DNA from: Spirochaetia bacterium
Lineage (GTDB): Bacteria; Spirochaetota; Spirochaetia; SZUA-6; Bin103
Direction: 5' to 3'
DNA length: 64,000 bases
NCBI GenBank assembly: GCA_965203905.1
Contig: CBDBDQ010000005.1
Coordinates: 2,400,001 to 2,464,000, forward strand
The translations under genes were made by a program, and so were the position numbers. Under the pieces are notes generated by a model. The model was not told the DNA's origin and ran no database searches. It saw only the letters and a program-made list of their open reading frames with translations. Numbering within the stretch: position 1 is the first letter of the stretch; each line of letters begins with the position of its first letter. Positions 1 to 10,000 of the stretch are shown in pieces.

Positions 1-38
1 AATGTCGGCCACTGCGCGCAAAATGCTATGCTGCCTCC

Positions 39-1010
39 GTGCATGCCATCGTCGTAGGACCTGGAGACAGCGCGCCGCTGGAATGGCGCCGGGTGGCGGA
101 CCCCGAGCCGCAGCCGCACGAGGTGCTGGTGAGCATCCACGCCACCGCGGTCAATCGCGCTGACCTGATGCAACGCCGTGGCGGCTACGACCCGCCGCCG
201 GGAGCCTCGCCGTACCTGGGACTGGAGATGGCCGGCACGGTCGTCGAGGTGGGGCCGCGGGCGCAGGGCTTCGCCGCCGGCGACCGCGTGTACTCGATTC
301 TGCCCGGCGGCGGTTACGCCGAGGCGGTGGCGGCGGATCCCGCCTACCTGATGCCGCTGCCGGAGGCTCTGAGCTTCACCGAAGCGGGCGGGCTGCCGGA
401 AGTGTTCCTCACCGCCTACGTCAACCTGTTCATGGAAGCCGGACTGGCCGCCGGCGAGACCGTGCTCATCCACGGCGGCGCCAGCGGTGTCGGCACCGCG
501 GCCATCCAGCTCGCACGCCGGGCGGGCGCCACCGTGTGCGTGACGGCACGCTCGGAGGCCAAGCTGGAGGCCTGCCGCAAGCTCGGCGCGCAGGTCACGG
601 CCAACCACGCCACCGAGGACTGGGCCGCGGTGATCGGCGCCGCCACCGGCGGCGTGGACGTGATCCTGGACTGCGTCGGCGCCGACTACCTGGAGCGCAA
701 CCTGCAGCTCCTGCGCCTGCGCGGGCGCCTCGTGTTCATCGCCACCCTGGGCGGCAACGTCGCCGAGCTGCGAATCGGCGACCTGATGCGCAAGCGCCAG
801 CGCCTCATCGGCTCCGTGCTGCGCTCCCGCAGCGCCGAGGAGAAGGCCGCCATCAGCGCCGGCTTCCAACGCGATTTCGGCGCCGCCGTAGCCGCCCGCG
901 AAATCCTCCCGGTCATCCACACCGTCCTGCCCATCCAGCAGGCTGAGCAGGCCCACGCCCTGGTGCAGTGCTACGACAACATCGGCAAGGTGGTGCTCAA
1001 GGTCCGCTGA
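39..1010 (+). CDS. NAD(P)H-quinone oxidoreductase, PIG3/zeta-crystallin (MDR) family
   Basis: VNRAD, PPPGASPYLGLE, VLIHGGASGVGTAAIQLA and C-terminal IGKVVL motifs; no Zn ligands. Confidence 0.92.
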   Translation: MHAIVVGPGDSAPLEWRRVADPEPQPHEVLVSIHATAVNRADLMQRRGGYDPPPGASPYLGLEMAGTVVEVGPRAQGFAAGDRVYSILPGGGYAEAVAADPAYLMPLPEALSFTEAGGLPEVFLTAYVNLFMEAGLAAGETVLIHGGASGVGTAAIQLARRAGATVCVTARSEAKLEACRKLGAQVTANHATEDWAAVIGAATGGVDVILDCVGADYLERNLQLLRLRGRLVFIATLGGNVAELRIGDLMRKRQRLIGSVLRSRSAEEKAAISAGFQRDFGAAVAAREILPVIHTVLPIQQAEQAHALVQCYDNIGKVVLKVR

Positions 1011-1067
1011 CCGCGCTCCGCGTCCTACCACCGCGAGCAACCGTTCGAGAGTCGCTGGGGCACCGGT

Positions 1068-1304
1068 TCAATCGGCGGCGAGCGATGCCTCCAATTCGGG
1101 CGAAACGCTGATGTAGATGAACCGTTCCGACGGATACAGGTAGTCCTCTCCGCTTTCGTCGATTACCCTAGTGTCGCCCTCGGCACAGGCACCCGCATCC
1201 TCGATCACGCGGTAGATCTTGTGCTTTTCGAGCGATGCAGCGTAGTCCGAGTTATCGATACACACCACATAATCGTTTTGCGCTCCCCTGTTCGCCTGTT
1301 TCAT
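1068..1304 (-). CDS. Small hypothetical protein, possible antitoxin/immunity protein (acidic, RVIDESGEDYLYP motif)
   Basis: 78 aa ORF starting 3 nt after the stop of the 1308-1544 gene; lower GC than flanks. Confidence 0.75.
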   Translation of the reverse strand: MKQANRGAQNDYVVCIDNSDYAASLEKHKIYRVIEDAGACAEGDTRVIDESGEDYLYPSERFIYISVSPELEASLAAD

Positions 1305-1307
1305 GCC

Positions 1308-1544
1308 TCAATCCAGATATCGCTTACGCTTGAATTCGAACCTACCAACGCCGTGGCCCTCATACCAGTGAAGTTCCGCGATTCGATAGTCCCCGTTGCG
1401 TAGCCGAATCGTCGCGGTCCCTTTCAGCTTCCTCCAGTTGGCTCGGCCGTAGACTCGGTTGAGTCGGTGCAACTCTCGAATGCCTCGGCCTCTCGTGATC
1501 GTTTCCACGTCCGTGATCTCGCCCGCGATTTCGAAATCGGCCAT
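1308..1544 (-). CDS. Small basic hypothetical protein, possible toxin (WRKLKG...AELHWYEGHGVGRFEFKRK)
   Basis: 78 aa ORF with purine-rich AAGGGG upstream; forms a tight two-gene unit with 1068-1304. Confidence 0.75.
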   Translation of the reverse strand: MADFEIAGEITDVETITRGRGIRELHRLNRVYGRANWRKLKGTATIRLRNGDYRIAELHWYEGHGVGRFEFKRKRYLD

Positions 1545-2059
1545 TGCCCCTTATCGTTCTCTTCCATATTATGCGCGGCGGCGTCGCGAATGTCACATCG
1601 TGGAGCGGCCGGTATGCCGGATGAGGCGGCCTGCGAGGTCGGCGAGCAGTGCACCGCCGGCGGGCCAACGACGTAGATCTACTGCGAAGCCTCTGCAATC
1701 TCCCGCGGCTGCGGGGATCGACGAGTGCTTGCAGGAGCCGGCGAGGTGGCGAGTATGCGCTTGAACCGGCGCGGATCACCCCACGATCCTGTGCCGCGGC
1801 GGCCATCTGCCCACTCAGTTCAGCTTGCACCCCGCATGCACCCTACTTGCACCCCGGTTCGCTCCCGCGCCACCGGCGGGACGCGTACTCAACAACTCGT
1901 ACAGGGTGGCCTCCTGCGGCATTACGCCCATCATGTCCGCTCCCGGTCTTGGAACCAGGAGAGCAAGCGCTTCTCGTGATGTCGGGGCGGTTACGGTCGA
2001 CAGCCGCAACCGCCCGATGGTACGTGGTAGGATCGTATGCCCGGAGTGCGGACGCAGCG

Positions 2060-3250
2060 ATGACAGGGAGCAGCTCACCGAGGCCGAGTTCGAGCGGTGC
2101 GACGGGCGGCGGCCAGCCTGCGCTCGACGTCTTCGCACTGCGTGACAGCGTCGTCGCCGAGTACGAGCGCTTCGCCACGTCGTTCACGACGATCCACGCT
2201 CCGGACATTCGCCAGCAGGTTGCGGCCATCTACGCGGAGAGCCGCTACTGGCCCGAGCCGCTGATCCAGATCAACCCGAGCTACAAGCGCTCGAAGGATG
2301 TCAGCACCCTCGTTGCGGACCGAGTCCTACATCCCGGCTGCGCCGACATCTTCTGCGCGGACGGTCAGCCGCTGTCGCTCTACAAGCACCAGGAACAGGC
2401 GATCGCGCTCGCCGCCGAGGGGGAGAGCTTCGTGGTGACCACCGGGGTACCGGGTCCGGGAAGTCGCTCTGCTTCTTCATCCCCATCGTCAGCCACGTGC
2501 TGGCCGCACGGCGGAGGAGTGCGCAACGCCGCACCCATGCCATCGTCGTCTACCCGATGAACGCGCTCGCGAACTCGCAGATGGAGGAGCTGAGCAAGTT
2601 CATCGACCAGTGCCGGGGGGCCGGCCGGTCACGTTCGCCCGCTACACGGGGCAGGAGGACATGGACGAGCGGAGGCGGGTGGCAGACGACCCACCGGACA
2701 TTCTCCTGACCAACTTCATGATGCTTGAGCTGCTCATGACGCGGCAGGAGGAACTCGACCGCCAGGTCATCGGCAACTGTGCGGGCCTCGGCTTCCTCGT
2801 CCTGGACGAGCTCCACACGTACCGCGGCCGCCAGGGTGCCGACGTGGCGCTGCTGGTGCGCCGTGTCCGTGAGCGCCTCCAGCCGGAGAAGCTCCTGTGC
2901 ATCGGCACCTCGGCCACGATGGCGAGCGAAGGATCGATCAAGGACAAGAGTGCCGTGGTCGCAGGCGTGGCTTCGAAGCTCTTCGGGGTCCCCATCGCCG
3001 AAAGCAACGTGATCGCCGAAACGCTCGAACGCATCACGGTTCCGTCCGCCACCGCTGATTCGGTGAAGCCCCACCTTGGTACGGCCATCCCGCTGTAGCG
3101 CCCCAGTACACCGGACGGGACGCTTGCTCCGACGCCACCGTGGCATCGCCCGCTGAGCGCTTCGACAACGCGTTCCCTCGCTGGCGAGACCTCTTTGCCG
3201 CCGCCGAAAAGCAACGCGACGCCGTGCACAGGTCCATGGACGAACTCGTC
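2060..3250 (+). pseudogene. Large DEAD/DEAH-box SF2 helicase (defence-island type), frameshifted and truncated
   Basis: LYKHQEQAI, TG(T)GSGKS broken by an indel near 2445, YPMNALANSQ, second frameshift near 2615, RYTGQE, DILLTN, LDELHTYRG, GTSAT; stop at 3098; a probable further fragment (AFPRWRDLF) at 3140-3250. Confidence 0.85.
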
Positions 3251-3368
3251 TACACGCCTGACAGCCTCGTCAGCGCACGCGACCGGGGAGTGGGTGGCCC
3301 TCACCGGGGCTCAACGGAGACCCTGCAGGTCCGTCCGTGACGGGAACACTATCACCGAGGAGGGCAAC

Positions 3369-4613
3369 ATGAACGCATTCCGGCTCCAGGAAATCGACGT
3401 ACGCAACTACCGTTGTTTCGAGGAACTGAAGTTACGACTCGAGGAGGACACCACGGTTCTCTTCGCCGAGAACGGCGGCGGAAAGACCGCGTTGCTCAAG
3501 GCCATCGCGATGGGGCTCGCCGTGTTCCAACGCGGCGCACCGAGGCCCCTGAAACTCGACGCACGGCGTGATCCCACAATGCGTACGCTCGACGAGAAGG
3601 GGCGACACGAGCCGGTCGGCCCGTGCAGGATTACGTGGACTGCCGCCGTCGGCGAATCGGATTCCGTCACATGGTCAACGGCAGCTCATCCCGCGTCCGG
3701 CCGCACGACGACCCAGCGCCAACCGATTCTTGAGGCGCTGGAGGGAGTTCGAGTGCCTGGAAATCGGTGGCCGTTGTTCGCGTGGTACGGTGTTGATCGC
3801 TTGGTGCGGACCCGCGGACGCCGTCGCAAGGTCGAACGCACGGGAGACCGATGGGAAGCGTACGCCTCCGCGCTCGACCCGAACCTCGACGAAGCTTCGC
3901 TACTTCAGTGGCTCCAGGACGAGATGCTCGGGGACGTGGTCCGGAGGCAGCAGGAAGAACCGGAGCGCTTTCTCGATAAGGCCGTGATGGATGCAACGGT
4001 CCGCGCCACGCCGTGCGTCGCCAATGCCTGGTACGACCCGGTGGAGCGAATGCCAAGGGTGGGCTTCGTCGACGGGCATGTGACTACGTGGTCCGAGCTG
4101 TCCGACGGCTACCACGTATTCATCGCTCTGGTCGCCGACATCGCCCGGCGCGCGGTCATGCTCAACGAGTTCGACGGTGCCGCCGCACCCGCGCGAGTAG
4201 ATGGCGTTGTGCTCATCGACACGCTCGACCTCCACCTCCACCCACGTTGGCAGCGCGTGGCGCTTCCACATCTTCGCGAGGCATTCCCGCGACTGCAGAT
4301 AGTCGTCACTACCCATTCGCCGCAGCTACTGAGTAGCGTCGAGAACCGCCAAGTACGCCGACTCTTCGACGGAAAGCTCCAGGAGTACCCCGTGTTGGTT
4401 GAGGGCAGAGACACAAACGCCATCCTGCGCGAGTACATGCGCACCGAGGACCGCAGCGCGGAGGGTACACGCGCGTTGCGCGCGCTCCACGACTACATTG
4501 ACCAGGGTCGCCGCGAGGAAGCCGAGGATCTGTACAAGGATCTACTTGCTCGTTGGGGCGACCTCGATCCCGCCTTGATTCAAGCCCACGCGTTCATGGA
4601 CTTGGACGAATAA
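3369..4613 (+). CDS. ABC/SMC-like AAA ATPase, PtuA (Septu/retron effector)-like
   Basis: NYRCF, Walker A AENGGGKT, signature LSDGY, LVADIARR, Walker B region LIDTLDLHLHPRWQ, TTHSP; RBS GAGGAG before ATG 3369. Confidence 0.88.
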   Translation: MNAFRLQEIDVRNYRCFEELKLRLEEDTTVLFAENGGGKTALLKAIAMGLAVFQRGAPRPLKLDARRDPTMRTLDEKGRHEPVGPCRITWTAAVGESDSVTWSTAAHPASGRTTTQRQPILEALEGVRVPGNRWPLFAWYGVDRLVRTRGRRRKVERTGDRWEAYASALDPNLDEASLLQWLQDEMLGDVVRRQQEEPERFLDKAVMDATVRATPCVANAWYDPVERMPRVGFVDGHVTTWSELSDGYHVFIALVADIARRAVMLNEFDGAAAPARVDGVVLIDTLDLHLHPRWQRVALPHLREAFPRLQIVVTTHSPQLLSSVENRQVRRLFDGKLQEYPVLVEGRDTNAILREYMRTEDRSAEGTRALRALHDYIDQGRREEAEDLYKDLLARWGDLDPALIQAHAFMDLDE

Positions 4614-4614
4614 G

Positions 4615-4810
4615 GTGCGCGGTGTCTCGAAGCCCAGGCCTCCAAGTGAGATGATGTCAATCCTAAGGGCCCGCGCTTGCAGAAGCTACTTCAAGAAACA
4701 AGACCGCTACCAGGGACGAACCCGAAACAGCGGCCACCCAACTCCTCGGCAGGGTAGCTTCCTCCGTTCGTGAGCATCCGGGTCGCGTGGCTGTGAAGAG
4801 ACCGGACGAA
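4615..4810 (+). pseudogene. Probable remnant of the HNH endonuclease partner (PtuB-like), core deleted
   Basis: GTG 1 nt after the ATPase stop, reading MRGVSKPRPP; C-terminal-like LPPFVSIRVAWL in another frame; no CxxC/HNH core in between. Confidence 0.45.
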
Positions 4811-4829
4811 GTCGGTGATGCTGACGGCC

Positions 4830-5134
4830 GTCACGATCACCCGTGACGACGATGATGGCGCCATCGCGCATCTCATCCGCGTGGCGTTCAATCAAGGTCC
4901 GCATGGCTTCGGCACGCTCCTTCGGTGTCATCTCGACGAGACGAACGATGCCAGGGTGCGGCCGGCCCCGCAGGAAGACGAGCACCCGATTTTTCCTCGC
5001 GGGCGAGTGCCAGCAGTGCTTCGTCCGAGGCGTTCGGGAAGCGCTCGCGGGCGGGACAGGACGTCGTGCCCGAGGTCCGCCAGGGCCGCGCGGAGCGGCC
5101 GCGAGTCCGCGCACACGTCGAGCAGGAACTTCAC
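4830..5134 (-). pseudogene. DUF5615 PIN-like (VapC45-type) toxin, frameshifted, catalytic TxDxDF segment missing
   Basis: MKFLLDVC...LGHDVLS, then +1 shift to ARERFPNASDEALLALAREE, second shift to NRVLV|FLRGRPHPGIVRL; the expected TEDKDFGEL segment is absent. Confidence 0.82.
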
Positions 5135-5388
5135 GAAGCCCCGCGAACCACGACGCGATCATGCACATGTTCGCCTGCCAGCGAGCGGTGCGCGAACAGA
5201 AGGCAGGCCCGGATGTCGTCCGGTTCAAGGAACGGGTAGTCCTCGAGAAGGTTCTCGACGGTCTCGCCCGCCGCCAGATTGGCCAGCACGTGCTCCACGG
5301 CGATCCGCATGTCGCGGATGATCGGCTTGCCGCCGAAAACGTCGGGGCGCACGGTAATGCGGTCCAGCAGTTCGTCTTCTCGAATCAG
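5131..5388 (-). CDS. DUF433 family antitoxin
   Basis: RITVRPDVFGGKPIIRDMRIAVEHVL...YPFLEPDDIRACLLFA; GAGGAG RBS before a CTG at 5388 (start uncertain); stop overlaps the PIN start. Confidence 0.9.
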   Translation of the reverse strand: MIREDELLDRITVRPDVFGGKPIIRDMRIAVEHVLANLAAGETVENLLEDYPFLEPDDIRACLLFAHRSLAGEHVHDRVVVRGAS

Positions 5389-5499
5389 GGGTCTCTCCTC
5401 GGTTCGATTTCTCGGCGCTCGGCCAGTCGCACAGATGACAAACAGCGCTGTTCTCGGACACTGGGTCACCGCCGGGACGCCCAGAGATGGCGAGTGTTC

Positions 5500-5715
5500 A
5501 GTGCACAGGCATGCTCTGGGATCCACCCGTGGTCGCGCAAATCGTCCCAGAACGTGGATGAGACGATCAGCGCGAACTGTTTGAGGCTATCCAGAAGGTC
5601 CGTCATGATGCAACTCAGCGCCGGGTGCGTCAGTGGGAACTGGCAGGCGGCGGCTTTCAGGCACACCGAGTGCCTGCGCGTCAACGCCTTCAGGCGCTGG
5701 ACAGCGGCGGTCGGC
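5500..5715 (-). pseudogene. C-terminal fragment of an aldo/keto reductase
   Basis: VQRLKALTRRHSVCLKAAACQFPLTHPALSCI...FWDDLRDHGWIP resembles the AKR C-terminus; no N-terminal part. Confidence 0.5.
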
Positions 5716-5729
5716 AACAGGAGGCCGCG

Positions 5730-5919
5730 ATGGGTACCAGCATCACCGGTGAGGGACTCGGCATCGCGTCGATCACCGTCTGGGGGGTCCTGGACCGAAT
5801 CGGCGCCTCCCTCACGGCCCGGGAGGGCCTCGCCGAGCGGTTCCTCGATCTTCTCGTTCCGTAACACCGGGGTCATGACCGTCAACCCGTGGACCGCCGC
5901 GCCCGCGGGGCCGCAATGA
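5730..5919 (+). pseudogene. Degraded VapC/FitB-type PIN toxin fragment
   Basis: GLGIASITVW(G)V...REGLAERF followed, out of frame, by RNTGVMTVNPW, resembling the VapC C-terminus. Confidence 0.4.
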
Positions 5920-6055
5920 GGACCGTTCGGATCATGCCGACCCCGATCACACGGAGCGCCGGAATCGGTGCTCACGGCCACACCAGGATTGAAGGTCGCT
6001 CCGAATTGCCATCACGCAGGCCGTCCGATACGATCCGTGACCGGCGGGAGTTGGG

Positions 6056-7015
6056 ATGAGCGAGGAGATGATGGTCGCCACGGAGCGTGCCAAACGCGGC
6101 ACCGGCACGCGCGGCACGTTTCTCAAGGAGGTGTACCGGCACCGCGAGTACCTGCTGCTGCTGCTGCCGGCGCTGGTGATCTTCGTGCTGTTCCGCTACA
6201 TCCCGATGGCCGGGATCGTCATCGCCTTCAAGAAGTACACCATCGCCGGCGGCCTGTTCGGCAGCCCGTGGGTCGGGTTCACCTACTTCGAGCGGCTGTT
6301 CGACTCCGAGAAGTTCTACCAGGTGCTGTGGAACTCGATCCGCATCAGCTTCCTGAAGATCGCCATCGGCTTCCCGGGGCCGATCATCTTCGCCCTGCTG
6401 CTCAACGAGGTGCGCCAGGTCGCCTGGAAGAAGTCGTTCCAGACCATCAGCTACCTGCCGCACTTCGTCTCCTGGGTGGTGGTCGGCGGCATCGTGCGCG
6501 ACGTGCTGTCGGTGCACGGCGTGGTCAACGGCATGATCGGATTCTTCGGCGCCGAGCCGCGGCTGTTCCTGCAGGAGATGCACTCGTTCCTGCCGATCGT
6601 CATCACCTCCATGATCTGGAAGAACATCGGCTGGGGCTCGATCATCTACCTGGCGGCGATCACCAGCATCGATCCCGACCTGTACGAGGCCGCCGAGATC
6701 GATGGCGCGGGGCGGGTGCGGCGCATGTGGCACATCACCCTGCCGTCGATCACGCACGTCATCATCATCCTGTTCCTGCTGCGCATCGGGAACATCCTGG
6801 AGGCCGGCTTCGACCAGATCTTCAACCTCTACAACCCGCTGGTGTACGACGTCGCCGACATCATCGACACCTACGTGTACCGCGAAGGGATCAGCGGCTT
6901 CCAGTACAGCCTGACGGCGGCGGCCAGCCTGTTCCAGAACGTGGTCGGGCTGATGCTGCTGCTGCTGGTCAACGTGGTGACCCGGCGCATGCAGGCCGAC
7001 TACTCGGTGGTATAG
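6056..7015 (+). CDS. Carbohydrate ABC transporter permease (LplB-like)
   Basis: SPWVGF, QTISYLPHFVSWVVV, EAA loop LYEAAEIDGA, DIIDTYVY. Confidence 0.95.
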   Translation: MSEEMMVATERAKRGTGTRGTFLKEVYRHREYLLLLLPALVIFVLFRYIPMAGIVIAFKKYTIAGGLFGSPWVGFTYFERLFDSEKFYQVLWNSIRISFLKIAIGFPGPIIFALLLNEVRQVAWKKSFQTISYLPHFVSWVVVGGIVRDVLSVHGVVNGMIGFFGAEPRLFLQEMHSFLPIVITSMIWKNIGWGSIIYLAAITSIDPDLYEAAEIDGAGRVRRMWHITLPSITHVIIILFLLRIGNILEAGFDQIFNLYNPLVYDVADIIDTYVYREGISGFQYSLTAAASLFQNVVGLMLLLLVNVVTRRMQADYSVV

Positions 7016-7020
7016 CAGCC

Positions 7021-7929
7021 ATGCGCCTGCCGACCTTGAAAGGAGCGACCCTGAAGCGCCGCACGCTCGAGGACGTGATCGTCGACGCCGTCGTGTGGAT
7101 CGTCATGATCGGTTTCTCGGTCTCGGTGATCTATCCGTTCTGGACCATGCTGATCGACTCCTTCTCCACCCCGGAGAACGTCTACTCGGTCGGCTTCCGG
7201 CTGTGGCCGCGACCGGCGACCGTCGAGGCGTACCGCGACGTGCTGTCCAAGGACACCGTCGGCATCGCCTACTACAACACCGTCCTCAGGACGGTCGCCG
7301 GCACCCTGGTCACGCTGTTCGTGTCGTTCTCCGCCGCCTACGCGCTGGCCCGGCGCACGCTGCCCCTGAACAAGACCATAACGCTGCTGATGATCTTCAC
7401 CATGTTCTTCTCCGGCGGCCTGATCGCCACCTACCTGTGGATGGGGCAGATGGGGCTGCACAACAACCGGCTGGCGCTGATCCTGCCGCCCGCCGCCAGC
7501 GCCTACTACATCATCATCATGCGCAACTTCTTCCGCGCCATCCCGCCGGAGCTGGAGGAGTCCGCGTTCATGGACGGCGCCTCGGCCTACACGGTGCTGC
7601 TGCGCATCATCGTGCCGGTGTCGATGCCGGTGGTGGCGACCATCGCGCTGTGGTCGGCGGTGTTCCACTGGGACTCCTGGTTCGACGCCCTGCTGTATAC
7701 GCCGAAGCGGGAACAGCTCGTGCTCCAGTTGATGCTGCGGCGGATCCTGATCGAGCACCAGGCGTCCAACCTGTTCGACCTGTCGGTGGACGAGCTGGAG
7801 AGCAGCTTCGTGGTGGAGACGATCAAGGCGGCCACCCTGTACATCGCAATCGGTCCGATAATACTCTTGTACCCGTTCCTGCAGCGGTACTTCGTCAAGG
7901 GAATCATGACCGGGAGCCTGAAGGGTTAG
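7021..7929 (+). CDS. Carbohydrate ABC transporter permease (LplC-like)
   Basis: TMFFSGGLI, MRNFFRAIPPELEESAFMDGA, YPFLQRYFVKGIMTGSLKG. Confidence 0.95.
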   Translation: MRLPTLKGATLKRRTLEDVIVDAVVWIVMIGFSVSVIYPFWTMLIDSFSTPENVYSVGFRLWPRPATVEAYRDVLSKDTVGIAYYNTVLRTVAGTLVTLFVSFSAAYALARRTLPLNKTITLLMIFTMFFSGGLIATYLWMGQMGLHNNRLALILPPAASAYYIIIMRNFFRAIPPELEESAFMDGASAYTVLLRIIVPVSMPVVATIALWSAVFHWDSWFDALLYTPKREQLVLQLMLRRILIEHQASNLFDLSVDELESSFVVETIKAATLYIAIGPIILLYPFLQRYFVKGIMTGSLKG

Positions 7930-8024
7930 CCCGGCAGAGTCGCACGGCGGCTCGGGACTCGCACGGCGACTCCACGCGGCGCAGTTCGGATGACGCGGTC
8001 GACCATTCAAGAAAGGAGGTGTGC

Positions 8025-9602
8025 ATGACACACACGAGATGGCTATTGGTGCTCGCCGGCCTGCTGGTTGCCGGTCTGGCGTTCGGCGGAGCGGAGCAGG
8101 AGGGAGCCGCCGCCGAGGAGCGGCTGACGATAAGCTGGATGGGGCCGAACAACCGCGGCGTGCTGCTGCCGGCCGACAGCCCGACCGAGCTGTTCCTGGA
8201 AGAATACTTCAACGTCGAGTTGGAGCCGTGGACCGACGTGGACCTCTACCAGTCGGACCAGTGGAAGACGCGCATCGCGTCCGGCGACATTCCCGACTAC
8301 ATCAAGGCCGATGCGATCCGGTCCGGGCTGCACGACATCGGCGCGGTGCGGGTGCTGTCCGAGGACTTGCTGCGCCAGCACATGCCCAACTACACCAAGC
8401 TGGTCGACCAGATCGCCGGTCCCTACGGCTGGCAGACGGTGACCTCGGGCGGCGAGGTGGTCGGCATCCCGAGCGTCAACGTCGCCATCGCCTCGGGCGC
8501 CACCTTCGTCACCCGCCGTGACTGGTTGGAGGCGGTCGGCGAGCCGCTTCCGGAGAAGCGCATGCTCGGCTCTCCCTATTCCGACTACTCCAGCCTGGAG
8601 GACGTCGAGCGCCTGCTGCTGAAGTATCGCAACGAGGATCCTGACGGCAACGGCCAGAAGGACACCTACGGCCTGTCGGTCTACAAGAACAGCAACACCG
8701 TCAGCTTCAACGCCGGCGCCCAGTGGGCGTTCCCGAACGAGTTCGGCGCCCACGGCGTGCGTCTCGCCTCCTGGCAGGAGGTCGGCGGCGCGCTGCAGTA
8801 CTCGATGATTTCGGAGGGCTACAAGGAAGCCCTGGCGTTCCTGCACCGCTGGTACGAGGAGGAGATCATCGATCCCGAGTTCGTCACCGACAAGCGCTCG
8901 GAGCTGATCACCAAGTTCTCCAACGGCATCGTGGGCGCCTTCCAGGCATCACCGGCCTGGACCGGCCCGCGCCCGAGCGGTCCGACCGGCGTCCTGCTCA
9001 AGAACGTGCCGGACACCGAGCTGGTCTACTTCATCGCCTACGAGGGCCCCGGCGGCAAGGCCTCGGTCAACTTCAACCCGATCCTCGGCAACACCTCGAT
9101 CGGCGCCAACGCCTCCGACGCCGTGACCGAGAAGCTGCTCGCCATGCTCGACGAGATCCATACCAACATGGAGCTGTACGGGCGGGTCGCCTATGGTGAG
9201 GAGGGCGTCAACTACGAGTGGGACGAGGACGGGCTGCTGATCCAGAAGCCCGGTTTCGGCACCGGTGAGGAACGCACCAACCAGGGTTGGCAGTACTTCA
9301 CCATGTGGAACACCATCACGCCCGACATCTCGCGCTTCCGGCTGCCGCGCTGGCGCACCATTCCGCACACCATCGGCATCGACGCACCGAAGCTCGACAA
9401 CGGGTTCGCTCCCCAGTGGGACGAGGAGCTGCGCGCCGTTGCCAGCCAGCTCACCGAGGTGGAGAGCGAGTACTTCTTCCGCGCCATCATCGGCCAAGCG
9501 AACTTCACCTCCGACTGGGACGCCTACGTGGACGAGTGGACCCGCCGCGGCGGCGATGAGCTGACCAAAGAAGCCAACCGCCAGTGGCAGGACTCGATGT
9601 AA
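8025..9602 (+). CDS. Carbohydrate ABC transporter extracellular solute-binding protein (LplA-like)
   Basis: Strong RBS AAAGGAGGT; hydrophobic signal peptide ending AFG; IASGDIPD, RRDWLE, DPDGNGQKDTYG, WDAYVDEW. Confidence 0.92.
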   Translation: MTHTRWLLVLAGLLVAGLAFGGAEQEGAAAEERLTISWMGPNNRGVLLPADSPTELFLEEYFNVELEPWTDVDLYQSDQWKTRIASGDIPDYIKADAIRSGLHDIGAVRVLSEDLLRQHMPNYTKLVDQIAGPYGWQTVTSGGEVVGIPSVNVAIASGATFVTRRDWLEAVGEPLPEKRMLGSPYSDYSSLEDVERLLLKYRNEDPDGNGQKDTYGLSVYKNSNTVSFNAGAQWAFPNEFGAHGVRLASWQEVGGALQYSMISEGYKEALAFLHRWYEEEIIDPEFVTDKRSELITKFSNGIVGAFQASPAWTGPRPSGPTGVLLKNVPDTELVYFIAYEGPGGKASVNFNPILGNTSIGANASDAVTEKLLAMLDEIHTNMELYGRVAYGEEGVNYEWDEDGLLIQKPGFGTGEERTNQGWQYFTMWNTITPDISRFRLPRWRTIPHTIGIDAPKLDNGFAPQWDEELRAVASQLTEVESEYFFRAIIGQANFTSDWDAYVDEWTRRGGDELTKEANRQWQDSM

Positions 9603-9622
9603 CCGTCGACTACGCCGAAGTA

Positions 9623-9662
9623 AAGCGCCCCGGACCGTGCCGCGATCCGGGGCGTTTGTATT
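9623..9662 (+). terminator. Intrinsic terminator of the ABC operon
   Basis: Stem CGCCCCGGA (9626-9634) / TCCGGGGCG (9646-9654) followed by TTTGTATT, 20 nt after the SBP stop. Confidence 0.7.
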
Positions 9663-9676
9663 ACCGGGCACCCAGG

Positions 9677-10000
9677 AACGTTGGCATGCCCGAGGTCGTG
9701 TCGCGACGCCGACGACTTCCGGTGCCGTGCCATCCCGGGACCTGGGTCGGCGACTACGTGCCGTTCTACTTCTGCCCGCGCTCGGTGATGCTCTACGTCA
9801 TCTCGCGCAAGAATCACCCAAGTCTGACCTATCGAGGTGGACAGAGGGTCCCCTGGTCGCTGATCGAGCGGATTGGCGTTCAACGCCATGGTGCTGCGCG
9901 TCGCGTCGACGAGATCCTGGCCAGCACGTCGGATGCCCATCGCCCTCGTGTCGAAGTGCGCCGTGACTGGTACTATCAAGAGACGGAGGCGGGAGGATGA
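9677..10000 (+). pseudogene. darT: DarT (DUF4433) DNA ADP-ribosyltransferase toxin remnant
   Basis: VPCHPGTWVGDYVPFYFCPRSVMLYVI...TYRGGQ joined directly to VPWSLIERIGV...DWYY; N-terminus and QAEFLV catalytic region absent; stop overlaps the darG start. Confidence 0.85.

Noticed and set aside
1820-1860. Three TGCACCC units
   Set aside because: Short, imperfectly spaced and compatible with chance in GC-rich DNA
3100-4810. Retron associated with the PtuA-like ATPase
   Set aside because: No reverse transcriptase or msr/msd-like inverted repeats are visible in the window
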